Below are positions 20,312 to 29,652 of a stretch of DNA of 64,000 nt, in pieces. The stretch comes from Desulfosoma sp. Lineage in GTDB: Bacteria; Desulfobacterota; Syntrophobacteria; Syntrophobacterales; DSM-9756. Every line of letters begins with the position of its first letter. The stretch's first letter is position 1. The DNA lies in NCBI GenBank assembly GCA_037481835.1, contig JBBFKW010000007.1:139763-203762 (forward strand). Direction: 5' to 3'. The position numbers and the translations under genes are program-made. Below the pieces are notes generated by a model. The model saw only the letters and a list, made by a program, of their open reading frames with translations, made no database searches and was not told the DNA's origin.

Positions 20312-20755
20312 TCACCGCCGCAGCAGGCGGCGCCACCATGGTTTCTTGAGCTGGTGCAGTTCGGCTTCCAGTCGGCCGATGAGGTGTTCTTTTTCCAGCA
20401 AGAGAGCATTTTTTTCTTGGGCTTCCGTTCGATAAAATTCCAAGAGTTGGCTTTGATAGCGCAGTCGGCCCAGCTCTTCCAGCAAGGCGTCGTAGTGGGG
20501 CACGGGAATGGAGACCGTGTGGTCCTGGACCCTTTTGGAAGGGGCAGGCTCCCGGTGCGTGCTGACGGGTTCTTCCGTTTCGCGGGGCCTTCGCTTCTTT
20601 TCTTCCAGGAGCGCTTTGACTTCCTGGGCGGGGATGAAGACCCTCTTGCCCTGACGGATGGATTCCATCTTGCCCGTGCGTTCCAGGTACTCTTCCAGGG
20701 TATCCGGGGAAACGCCGAGGGCCTGGGCTGCGGTGCGGACGGTCATGCGTGCCAT
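20312..20755 (-). CDS. HTH DNA-binding protein with coiled coil
   Basis: MTVRTAAQALGVS excisionase/MerR-like HTH; C-terminal KKPWWRRLLRR. Confidence 0.7.
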   Translation of the reverse strand: MARMTVRTAAQALGVSPDTLEEYLERTGKMESIRQGKRVFIPAQEVKALLEEKKRRPRETEEPVSTHREPAPSKRVQDHTVSIPVPHYDALLEELGRLRYQSQLLEFYRTEAQEKNALLLEKEHLIGRLEAELHQLKKPWWRRLLRR

Positions 20756-20927
20756 GCGGCTCCCTCCTCAAAGGCAGGCTCCCTTGGTTGACCATCTGTA
20801 ACATAAAAGCCTTTCCATCCCAAGAGCTTGTTTGCATTCCGAGGGCAACGTGTTCTATTAGGAGCAGGCATTTTTTCTCAACCACAACGAGAGCCGCCAA
20901 GCGGCTCGACAAGGGGAAGGACGGACC

Positions 20928-21761
20928 GTGTCGGATGATGCCTTTCCCGCCATCGTCCAACATCTGTCCGAAATCCGGGGGCTCCGGGTTCGGGGGATTC
21001 GCACGGCCGTCTTGGAGCGGCGCTGTCGCGAAAGGGCGGATCGGGCAGGGTGTGGAACGCTTTTGGACTATCTGAAGATTCTGCAAACCTGTCCCGAAGA
21101 AGTGAACGCCCTTTTGGACGCTTTGGTGGTGGGTTACACGCGGTTTTTCCGGGACCCTCTGACAGACGTTTTCCTCCATCAGCGGGTACTTCCGGAGATG
21201 ATCCGCACCAAGGTGGAGCTTGGGCAGGATTTCTTCCGCGTGTGGTCGGCGGGGTGCGCCACCGGCGAGGAAGCTTACAGCTTGGCTTTGATCCTTTGGG
21301 ATACGGCCCCGAAGGTTTCCGAAACCTTTCGCCTCCACGTGTTGGGAACAGACCGGGACGCCGGGGCTTTGGAAGTGGCCCGCTTGGGACGGTACGACAG
21401 GGACCGCCTCGGTGATCTTCCCCTAAGATTGGCAGACCGCTGTTTCCGGCACGAAGGCGGGTTCTTTCAAGTGGTGCCGGAACTTCAGAGTCTCGTGCGT
21501 TTCGTCGTCCATGATCTGCTACAGGACGAGCCGACGCCTCTCGCGGAGGCGGTTTTCGAAGATTTCGACCTGATCTCCTGCCGGAACGTGCTCATGTATT
21601 ACGATCGCCTGACCCGGGAGAAGATCCTGCGGCGGCTGCACCGGAGCTTGGAGATGGGGGGAGTGCTCGTGTTGGGTGCCGTGGAGGGGGTCCCGCCGGG
21701 TTTGGGCGGGGCTTTTCAAAGGCTGGATTCGTGCTGTCCCGTGTACCGTAAAGTGGCATAG
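20928..21761 (+). CDS. cheR: CheR-type protein-glutamate methyltransferase
   Basis: TRFFRD, VWSAGCATGEEAYS, FDLISCRNV. Confidence 0.9.
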   Translation: MSDDAFPAIVQHLSEIRGLRVRGIRTAVLERRCRERADRAGCGTLLDYLKILQTCPEEVNALLDALVVGYTRFFRDPLTDVFLHQRVLPEMIRTKVELGQDFFRVWSAGCATGEEAYSLALILWDTAPKVSETFRLHVLGTDRDAGALEVARLGRYDRDRLGDLPLRLADRCFRHEGGFFQVVPELQSLVRFVVHDLLQDEPTPLAEAVFEDFDLISCRNVLMYYDRLTREKILRRLHRSLEMGGVLVLGAVEGVPPGLGGAFQRLDSCCPVYRKVA

Positions 21762-21769
21762 GAGCCTTT

Positions 21770-24700
21770 ATGGATCTTTTTCGGAGAGCGAGCCTCAAGA
21801 GGCGGCTGGTTTTTTGGTTCATCGCGGTGGGATGGCTGCCTGTGGCCTTGGCCTCTTTTCATGTCTATCGGCATGAGGCGGATCGGCGCCGGCATGAAGG
21901 ATTGGCCTTCTTATGGGAGGTGCACCAGCGCCGCGCGGCGGCCGTGGACCGGTGGGTGCATGCCATAAATCATTTGTTCGATCTTGCGGAATCCCAAATG
22001 GGAGTCCTGATGGGTGGGGAAAGCCCGAACCTGGGTCGGATATTGACGGGGCAGGCGCGCTCCCTGACCAATGGGCCGGCGCTCTGGATCGTGGAAGGGC
22101 GTCAGGTGCGCCCCCTGGACCCTGCCAATGCCGCTTCAGCCCAAGGCGAGACCATTCCGGGTGATGTACTGAAAGACCTGCAAGACCTGAAGACGCGTTC
22201 CGTCGGAAGATTGTCCGTGTCACCGTCTGGATCCGCCGTGCGCGTCTTTTCTTCGGTGCCCCTCTACGGCGGGACGGACACAAAGATCCCGGCGGCCCAC
22301 TTGGTCTTGAGCATTCCGGGAAGGGATCCTTTCCGGGATCTTTTGTCCGAAGAAGCCCATGTCCCCTCGCTGTTTCTTTCCTACGTACAAACCGAAGACC
22401 GATATTATGACCCTATCAAGGACGTTTTCACCCGGTTTCCCCGGGACCTGCAGCCCACACACTCGGTCAGGGAACGTCACCATTTCGACGGAGCGCCCCC
22501 CGTTTTGGACGGAGCGGCGCGCAACGGCGATTTTTGGGTGGCGGAAAGCCTCGTTACCGGAACGCCGTGGAAGCTCGTCACCCTCTTTTCCCTGTCCGGC
22601 CTCGATGAGGATCTCAATAACCTTCGGCATCGCCTGCTCCTCGTTGTCGTGCTGAGCGCCCTCGGTTTTGTGGGTCTTGCGGGGTTTTTGAGTCGCCGGC
22701 TCACGGTCCCGCTGGATGCCATGAGGGTGGCGGCGATGGAGATAAGCCGCGGGAATCTTGCCGTACGGTACGATGCGGCGCGTGGGGATGAGTTCGGCGA
22801 GGTGGCGGAGTCGTTGAACGCCATGGTTCGGTCTTTGGAACAACGGCTGGACATGCAGCAGACCGCGGCGATCCTCCACGAAACCATGGTCACGGCGGAG
22901 GACATGGAACACTTTGTGGACGCCATGCTCCTGCGTCTGATGGAGGTTACGGGTGCGGAAGCCGGGGCCGGTTATGTTTTGGATGCCCACCAGGGGCTGT
23001 TCCGGCCAGCCTGTAGTGTGGGGCTCCGAGCGGAGGCCCTGGGGGCCTTTGATGCGGGGCTGAGGGAAGGGGAGTTGGGTCGAGCCCTCACTACCGGCCG
23101 CCTGGTACGTCTCAGGGAGGCGCCGCCCCACGAGCGATACGTGTACCGGGCGGTTGCGGGAGAGATGGTTCCCAAGGAAGTGCTTACAGTGCCCGTCAAG
23201 GGAGACGATCGGATCGCCGTGATCTTTTCCCTGGTTTCCCTGGGTTCTTTTGCGGAAGAGAACATCCGGGTTTTGGAAGAAGTGCGCCATGCCATGGATA
23301 CGGCGTGCGCCCGTTTCCTTGCCGTGGAACGCATTCGGCACATGGGCCGAGAGCTTTCGGAAAAGAATGCGCAGCTTCAGGAACAAAAAAAAGAACTGGA
23401 GATTCAGGCCGAAGAGCTGCAGGTGCAGGCGGAGGAGCTCGTGGCGCAAAACATTGCGCTGGAGGCCCAGCAAAAGGAGCTCGACGCGGCGAACCGGTTG
23501 AAGGATGAGTTTCTCGCGACCATGAGCCACGAGCTGCGCACGCCGTTGCATTCCATCCTGGCGTTGTCCCGCCTTTTGCAAGGGCACGAGGCCGACCTTG
23601 ATGAGTCCCGCCGGCGCGATTACGTGCACCTTATCGAAAAGAACGGCACCGTGCTGCTGGAGCTCATCAACGATGTTCTGGATTTGTCCAAGATTGAAGC
23701 CGGCCGCTTGGATGTGTTTCCTGAAGCCGTGGACCCCGAAGGGGTGGTGCGGACCCTCGCCGAAAATCTAAGGCCTCTGGCGGAAAAGAAAGGCGTGGAA
23801 TTCCATGTCCATGTGGAAAAGGGGCTCTCTCGGGTGGAAACGGACGCCGCAAGGCTCTACCAGATCCTGCAGAACCTGGCGGCCAATGCCTTGAAATTTA
23901 CGGATCGGGGCAAAGTGACCATACACGTCAGGCATCATGGGGACGATGTGGTTTTTTCCGTGGAAGATACGGGAATCGGCATTCCGGAATCCGATCTCCC
24001 CTATATTTTTGAAAAATTCCGACAGGTGAACGGGACCACGAGCCGCCGTCACGAAGGAACGGGCTTGGGTTTGGCCATCGCCAAGAAGCTGACGGAACGG
24101 TTGGGGGGCGCCTTATGGGCGGAGAGCCGCTTGGGGCACGGATCTGTCTTTCACTTGAAAATCCCCGCCTTGTGGAAGGGGCCTGAAGCGGTCAAGGCGG
24201 CCGATGATCCTCGGAAGGCGGACCGAACCGACGCGCCCACGGTTGTCGTGGTGGATGACGACCCCAAGATTCTGGCCTCCATGCGGGATTGGCTCGAAGC
24301 CGAGGGGTACCGGACGGAGACCTTTGGTTCCGTGGCGGAGGCCGTGGCCTTTTGTGAAAAGGCGCCTCCGGCTGTGATTTTTGCGGATGTGGTGCTTCCC
24401 GACGGAGATGGGTACCAAGTGGTGCGCCGGTGCCGTCGATGGGAAGCGCTGAAGAAGGTGCCCGTGGTGCTCATGTCCGCCGCACGGGACGACGGCACGG
24501 CCCGGGCCATGGGCGCAGACGGCTTTGTGGGAAAACCCCTCAGCCGAGCCCGTGTCTTGTACCATGTGGATCGGCTCCTTCGCCTGAAAGATTTGCCCTT
24601 CGACCCTTCGACCAAGCGGATCCTTGTGGTGGAAGACGACGAGGCGGCGTTGCTGCAATTACAGGCGGTTTTGGAAGGGGCGGGCTACAGGACGGCCGCA

Positions 24701-25492
24701 GCCGCCACGGGTCGCGAGGCTCTGGATCTCGTCGGGCGTGAGCGGCCCGACGGTATCGTCTTGGACCTGAAATTGCCCGACCTGGATGGATGGTCGGTTC
24801 TGGAAAAGCTTCGGGCCCGGGAGGACACGCGGGACGTCCCTGTTTTGGTGTTCACGGCCCAGGAAATCACCCCTGAGGCCTTGGGCCGGCTGAAAGCGAA
24901 CCACATCTTTCAACTGGTCTTGAAAGGGGACATCCGCCGGCGGGAACTGGTGCGCCGCGTCGATGCCATGATGAAAGAATCGGGGCAAGAGACCGCTGGC
25001 CAAAGCTCGAGGGCGCGGGATGAGCGGCCCTCTGAGGAATCGGGGATTGGGGAGGCCGGCTTGTCCCAGGTACAGGGGCCGCCTCGTAGAGGACGAGTGC
25101 TTATTGTAGAAGATCATCCGGACAACCGGATGCTCCTGGCGGATTATCTGGGGGCGGAATTCGACCTTGCCGAGGCCGCCGACGGCGAGGAAGGATGGCG
25201 GCTGATCCAGGAATGGAAGCCGGATGTGGTCCTTTTGGATATATCCCTGCCCGGGATGGACGGCTTGGAAGTGGCCCGCCGGGTTTGGGAGAATGAAGAA
25301 ACGCGGCGGATTCCCCTTATCGCCATGACGGCCCATGTCATGGGGGGAGATCGAGAAAAGGTGCTTCGGGCGGGTTTTTCGGACTACGTGGGCAAGCCGT
25401 TCCGGCTCGATGATCTGCGCACGAAACTCCGTACGTGGTTGGCCGGGCTTGAAGGGCGCCCGGAGCGGCTCGGAGAAGACGATCATGAGTGA
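21770..25492 (+). CDS. Hybrid sensor histidine kinase (HAMP, GAF, HisKA/HATPase, three receivers)
   Basis: MSHELRTPL, NLAANALKFT, GTGLGL and three REC domains. Confidence 0.92.
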   Translation: MDLFRRASLKRRLVFWFIAVGWLPVALASFHVYRHEADRRRHEGLAFLWEVHQRRAAAVDRWVHAINHLFDLAESQMGVLMGGESPNLGRILTGQARSLTNGPALWIVEGRQVRPLDPANAASAQGETIPGDVLKDLQDLKTRSVGRLSVSPSGSAVRVFSSVPLYGGTDTKIPAAHLVLSIPGRDPFRDLLSEEAHVPSLFLSYVQTEDRYYDPIKDVFTRFPRDLQPTHSVRERHHFDGAPPVLDGAARNGDFWVAESLVTGTPWKLVTLFSLSGLDEDLNNLRHRLLLVVVLSALGFVGLAGFLSRRLTVPLDAMRVAAMEISRGNLAVRYDAARGDEFGEVAESLNAMVRSLEQRLDMQQTAAILHETMVTAEDMEHFVDAMLLRLMEVTGAEAGAGYVLDAHQGLFRPACSVGLRAEALGAFDAGLREGELGRALTTGRLVRLREAPPHERYVYRAVAGEMVPKEVLTVPVKGDDRIAVIFSLVSLGSFAEENIRVLEEVRHAMDTACARFLAVERIRHMGRELSEKNAQLQEQKKELEIQAEELQVQAEELVAQNIALEAQQKELDAANRLKDEFLATMSHELRTPLHSILALSRLLQGHEADLDESRRRDYVHLIEKNGTVLLELINDVLDLSKIEAGRLDVFPEAVDPEGVVRTLAENLRPLAEKKGVEFHVHVEKGLSRVETDAARLYQILQNLAANALKFTDRGKVTIHVRHHGDDVVFSVEDTGIGIPESDLPYIFEKFRQVNGTTSRRHEGTGLGLAIAKKLTERLGGALWAESRLGHGSVFHLKIPALWKGPEAVKAADDPRKADRTDAPTVVVVDDDPKILASMRDWLEAEGYRTETFGSVAEAVAFCEKAPPAVIFADVVLPDGDGYQVVRRCRRWEALKKVPVVLMSAARDDGTARAMGADGFVGKPLSRARVLYHVDRLLRLKDLPFDPSTKRILVVEDDEAALLQLQAVLEGAGYRTAAAATGREALDLVGRERPDGIVLDLKLPDLDGWSVLEKLRAREDTRDVPVLVFTAQEITPEALGRLKANHIFQLVLKGDIRRRELVRRVDAMMKESGQETAGQSSRARDERPSEESGIGEAGLSQVQGPPRRGRVLIVEDHPDNRMLLADYLGAEFDLAEAADGEEGWRLIQEWKPDVVLLDISLPGMDGLEVARRVWENEETRRIPLIAMTAHVMGGDREKVLRAGFSDYVGKPFRLDDLRTKLRTWLAGLEGRPERLGEDDHE

Positions 25493-26399
25493 TTTTGCCA
25501 AGCGCTTTCAGCAGGTCTTGGGTATCCGCATCTCGGAATGCTACGACGCCTTGCTGGCACACCACAATGAACAGCTTTCCGCGGACCCCTTGTCCGAACC
25601 CGGATGGATTCCCGGCGTGGGCAACGCGGATTTTGCCATCGGCACGACCCAAACCTTCCGAGACATGTTTCCCCAGTTCCCCCATCACTGGGTGATCATC
25701 GGCATGGAAGGCAAACGCACCATTGAAAAAATCAACGAACAGATCGACGTGTACGTGGCTTTGGACGTGCGCGACGACAGCGTCCACCTTGTGGATTCTT
25801 TGGGGAAAGCCTGGAAGGAAGCGGACCATTTCCGAGATTGGCTTGCGCATAAACTGGCCCGAGCCCTGTGGGAACGGACCCACGAAAGCCACCTTTTCGT
25901 CGTCGGGGACAAGACGGAGGCCGTCATCCGAACCTTGCGGGAGCAGCTCGTGGCCTGGCATCGCCAAGGTGTGGTGGACATCGAGGGGATGCTGACCCTG
26001 CACAGGGACGAGCAAGGACGCCTTTCCCTTCAGCATGCCCAGTACAGCGGACTTAAAGAAACGGCCGTGGGGAGCATCGCCGGGCTTTTGGTGGGGTCCC
26101 TGCTGTTTCATCCCGTGTTGGGGGCGGCTTTGGGGACGGTTACAGGAGCCGCCGCCGGAAGCCGCCGCTTCAGTCTATCCCACGTGGGCATTGATGATGA
26201 ATTCGTCAAGCAGGTCGCCTGTGCGGTCCTGCCCGGCATGTGGGCCTTGGTCGTGGTCCTGCGCCATGCCAAGATTAACGGCATGGTGGAAACCCTGAAG
26301 AAAATCGGGGGAACGGTCTTGGTCACGTCCTTGAGCAAGCGCGGGGAAGAGCGTCTGCGCGCTGCCTTGGCATCCTCTGGGAACGACCCGAGCGGCTAA
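25485..26399 (+). CDS. Possible SMI1/KNR4-like + DUF1269-like fusion protein
   Basis: N-term FQQVLGIRISECYDALL; C-term Gly-zipper, GIDDEFVKQV and GGTVLVTSLS. Confidence 0.6.
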   Translation: MSDFAKRFQQVLGIRISECYDALLAHHNEQLSADPLSEPGWIPGVGNADFAIGTTQTFRDMFPQFPHHWVIIGMEGKRTIEKINEQIDVYVALDVRDDSVHLVDSLGKAWKEADHFRDWLAHKLARALWERTHESHLFVVGDKTEAVIRTLREQLVAWHRQGVVDIEGMLTLHRDEQGRLSLQHAQYSGLKETAVGSIAGLLVGSLLFHPVLGAALGTVTGAAAGSRRFSLSHVGIDDEFVKQVACAVLPGMWALVVVLRHAKINGMVETLKKIGGTVLVTSLSKRGEERLRAALASSGNDPSG

Positions 26400-26703
26400 G
26401 AGCGTGCAAGCCGAATCCAAATCTTTGCCCGTATGCCCGAGACCCACGCAAAGACCTTCTGGAAGACCAATCCACGACGAAAGACGGCCTTGAGCAAAGG
26501 GCGCCATGTTTCAAAGCCTCGTGGGGCTCGAAAAGGTCCGCAGGCGGCCTTGGGACCGAAGTTTCCCTGAGAGGACCTTGCGGGCCCCTGGGGTTTACGC
26601 CATCGTGCAATTCAGTCTCGATTGAGACAAATTGCCTCGAGAAAACGATCATAAAAAGCAACATGGGGTCCGGCGCACTGCGAAAACTCTGGGAGCGTGT
26701 CCG

Positions 26704-27033
26704 TTGCTGATCCTCAAGATCATCATCAGCGTGGGGATTATCCTTGCGGCTACGGGGCTTGCGAGGCGCTTTCCGTCAGCCGCCGGGCTCATCGGGGTCA
26801 TGCCGCTTACAGGGGCCCTCACCTTGGTCTGGATCCATGTGGAAAACAGGGGGGATCCCCTGGTAATGGAAAAGTTTACGAAAGGGGCGCTGTGGGGGAT
26901 CCTGCCCAGCGTGCTCTTTTTTTTGGCCGCCCTATGGGGCTTCAAGAAAGGCTTTTCCCTGTCCATGGTCCTGGCCTTGAGCTTCAGCGCCTGGGCCGCA
27001 GCGGCGGCGGTCCACCAGTGGTTGTTCCGGTGA
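26704..27033 (+). CDS. DUF3147-like membrane protein
   Basis: KIIIS...AGLIGVMPLT; four hydrophobic segments; start uncertain. Confidence 0.65.
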   Translation: MLILKIIISVGIILAATGLARRFPSAAGLIGVMPLTGALTLVWIHVENRGDPLVMEKFTKGALWGILPSVLFFLAALWGFKKGFSLSMVLALSFSAWAAAAAVHQWLFR

Positions 27034-27233
27034 CAACGAGGCGGCTCGTTTTTTTAAGGCGCCCTTCTTCCCACCGCTTTTCGGTTCCGGTGGCTTTGAC
27101 AGGGGGATCGGTCCGCATTTTCCAACGGGATGCCAGTCCTGCACATGTTTCGAAACATACCGGCGGCACCAAGACGGGAAAGGGACAGTGTTCCGCGATG
27201 GAGGCGGGGTTGTTCGGCTGACTGGAGGATGGC

Positions 27234-27986
27234 ATGGACTCGCAGGCGCCTGACGTGAGTGTCGTAATTCCCGTCTACAATGAAGAAGAAAATGTAGAGG
27301 AAATGGCTGCGGAGGTGGACCGGGCCCTGGAAGGCACCGGTCTTACCTGGGAATGTCTCTGGGTAGACGACGGGTCCACAGATGCGACGGCGGAAAAGCT
27401 GCGGCGCATCGTCAACGGGGATCCCCGGGGGCGGCACCGGTTTTTGAGATTCGAAAAAAATGCGGGCCAATCGGCGGCCCTGTGGGCCGGGTTCAACCAC
27501 TCGCGGGGAACCCTCATCGCCACCCTGGACGGCGATGGACAAAACGATCCCGCCGACCTGCCTCGACTCCTAGAAATGCTGCGCAGCGGCGAATACGATA
27601 TGGTCAACGGCTACAGGGCCGTAAGGCGCGATTCCTTCGTTCGGCGGGTGTCTTCACGCATTGCCAATGCCTTCCGCAACTGGGTGACCGGCAAGACGGT
27701 TCGCGACGTGGGCTGTTCCACGCGGGTTTTTCGGCGGGAATGCGTGACCCATCTTCCTCCCTTCAAGGGGTTGCATCGCTTCCTGCCCACGCTGGTGGTC
27801 CTTTACGGATACCGAATCACGGAAACGCCGGTCCGCCATAGGCCTCGGCGCAAGGGGGTCACCAAGTACGGCATCCACAACCGGCTCTGGGTGGGGCTCC
27901 TCGATTCCTTCGGGGTGTGGTGGCTGAGAAGGAGGGCTTTCCGCTACCGGATTGCCGAGAGCTTTCCAAAGAGGGAAGGCTCGTGA
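27234..27986 (+). CDS. GT2 polyprenol-phosphate glycosyltransferase (ArnC/DPM1-like)
   Basis: VIPVYNEEEN, VDDGSTD, LDGDGQNDP, HRFLP. Confidence 0.9.
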   Translation: MDSQAPDVSVVIPVYNEEENVEEMAAEVDRALEGTGLTWECLWVDDGSTDATAEKLRRIVNGDPRGRHRFLRFEKNAGQSAALWAGFNHSRGTLIATLDGDGQNDPADLPRLLEMLRSGEYDMVNGYRAVRRDSFVRRVSSRIANAFRNWVTGKTVRDVGCSTRVFRRECVTHLPPFKGLHRFLPTLVVLYGYRITETPVRHRPRRKGVTKYGIHNRLWVGLLDSFGVWWLRRRAFRYRIAESFPKREGS

Positions 27987-28145
27987 CCACGGAAAAGGTC
28001 TGGGGTGCCGCGGGCCTCGGGGTTCAAGCCCTCTTTTCGGCGCGGTTTTTCACTCGAGGGATTGCCGTCGAGGGAGGGCGCGCAAGAGCGGGGTTCCGGA
28101 GGCGTTTTGGGTCCTGAGCCTTTTGGGAGGGGTGCAGCTCTTGCC
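27983..28145 (+). pseudogene. Frameshifted, truncated lipid-A biosynthesis N-terminal (LAB_N) protein
   Basis: GLGVQALFSARF in one frame continues as RARKSGVPEAFWVLSLLGG in another. Confidence 0.75.
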
Positions 28146-28222
28146 GAAAGGACCCGTAAAGAGCAAACTCGTTGCCCAAAATGGGTTTTTACAGGGTATC
28201 GGTGGAGGCTTCCTTGGCCCCA

Positions 28223-28537
28223 TCACCCGGGAAGAATGCGGCGGGTTGCGGCCACAACTCCCATCCCCACCATCATGGCCAGAAAGACGTTTTTCGTTTT
28301 ATAGGCCACGGCGGCCGTGCAGCAACCTGCCAGGACGCCTGACGGCCCTGCGGCCAAAATGCCCGGCGCCACCAGGGACACCAGAAGCGTTCCGGGCAGG
28401 GCATCCATAAAAGTTCTGAAGCGACCGCCCCGAGGCAGCCTGCTCGAAAGCAGCAAGCCTCCGAACCGCAACGCATAGGTGGCAAGGGCTGCGGCTCCGA
28501 TGGCAAGGTAAGCTTCCATTTCGTGAAGTTCAGGCAT
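28223..28537 (-). CDS. azlD: AzlD-family membrane protein
   Basis: ATYALRFGG...ALPGTLLVSLV; coupled to azlC. Confidence 0.8.
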   Translation of the reverse strand: MPELHEMEAYLAIGAAALATYALRFGGLLLSSRLPRGGRFRTFMDALPGTLLVSLVAPGILAAGPSGVLAGCCTAAVAYKTKNVFLAMMVGMGVVAATRRILPG

Positions 28538-29270
28538 CAGGAGCGCGCTCCTCACCCCTTTGTTTACTCATCGCGGCGCTCAAGGATCCCGCCAATGCGC
28601 CACCGAGAATGTACCACTTGCCCGGAAGAACCCTCTCCACGAGGACGGCTGTCCCTGCCGCCACAAGCCACGGAACGGCGTCGCCCCGACCGCGCCACAA
28701 AGACACGGCCAAAGCGGTAAACACGGCGATGAAGGCAAAATCGAGAGCATAGGCGCCGGGATCTTTCACGGCGGCCCCCAGCAGGTGGCCTGACAAAGTC
28801 CCCAGGCACCATGCGGACACCACGCACAGTCCTCCGCCCAAAAGAAAGGCTGTAGACACGTCACCCCATCGGCGCCGGGCCGCCATGGTCACGGCCCAGT
28901 TCTCATCGGCCACCCAATGGATCCGGGTGGCCTTGTGCCAGAACGATGTCCCTCGAAACACCGGTTCCAGGGACGCCCCGATCAAAAGATACCGCAAATT
29001 GATGGCAAACACCGCCAGAGTCATCTCCGCAATGGGAAGAGGGGGCACCCACATGTCGACCATGACAAACTGGGCGGAGCCTGCAAAGACGCTCACGTTC
29101 ATGACAAGCAACTGGAACCAGCTGATGTGCTTCTGAGCCGCGAGCACCCCGAGGACGCTCCCATAGGCGGCGACACTCGCCGCCACAGGGAGATTGGCCG
29201 CAAAACCCCGCCGCAGACCTGCGTGCCCGTCAAGGTGCGCCGATGTATGGACTTGTTCCTTCCGTTTCAT
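28530..29270 (-). CDS. azlC: AzlC-family branched-chain amino acid exporter
   Basis: VFAGSAQF, INLRY, DENWA, LDFAF. Confidence 0.88.
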   Translation of the reverse strand: MKRKEQVHTSAHLDGHAGLRRGFAANLPVAASVAAYGSVLGVLAAQKHISWFQLLVMNVSVFAGSAQFVMVDMWVPPLPIAEMTLAVFAINLRYLLIGASLEPVFRGTSFWHKATRIHWVADENWAVTMAARRRWGDVSTAFLLGGGLCVVSAWCLGTLSGHLLGAAVKDPGAYALDFAFIAVFTALAVSLWRGRGDAVPWLVAAGTAVLVERVLPGKWYILGGALAGSLSAAMSKQRGEERAPDA

Positions 29271-29569
29271 CAAAACAGATCCTTTCGGCGGTTTTGAAGG
29301 GACGGGAGCTTTTGGCGGACCGACCGAACTCGCTGCGAAGAAATCCAAGCGCTCACAAGGCCTTCCCCGAAACCTCCTTTTCCATGTTGCTGGCGCACTG
29401 AGGCATCCTGTCAGCCACGCTTTTTTTCAAGGCCGACTTTAGGCTCCTTTACAGGATGTCAAGAAAGCTGACAATCGTCTCAAGACGCCGCCCTCGGAGA
29501 CACCCGCCGTTTTCCATGAAGGCTCAATGGATCGCTCTGGCTTAAGCCGTGCCGGAAAGAGCTTCGCAT

Positions 29570-29584
29570 TGGCACAAGGCTTGC
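29570..29584 (+). promoter_or_regulatory. sigma54 -24/-12 promoter of ech operon
   Basis: TGGCAC-AAGGC-TTGC, 68 nt before echA ATG. Confidence 0.75.
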
Positions 29585-29652
29585 CTGTTTTCGTTGACCG
29601 GGCGTCCCGACAGGGGCACGCGGGCTCTGGGCTGAAGTCGAAAGGAGCGTCC

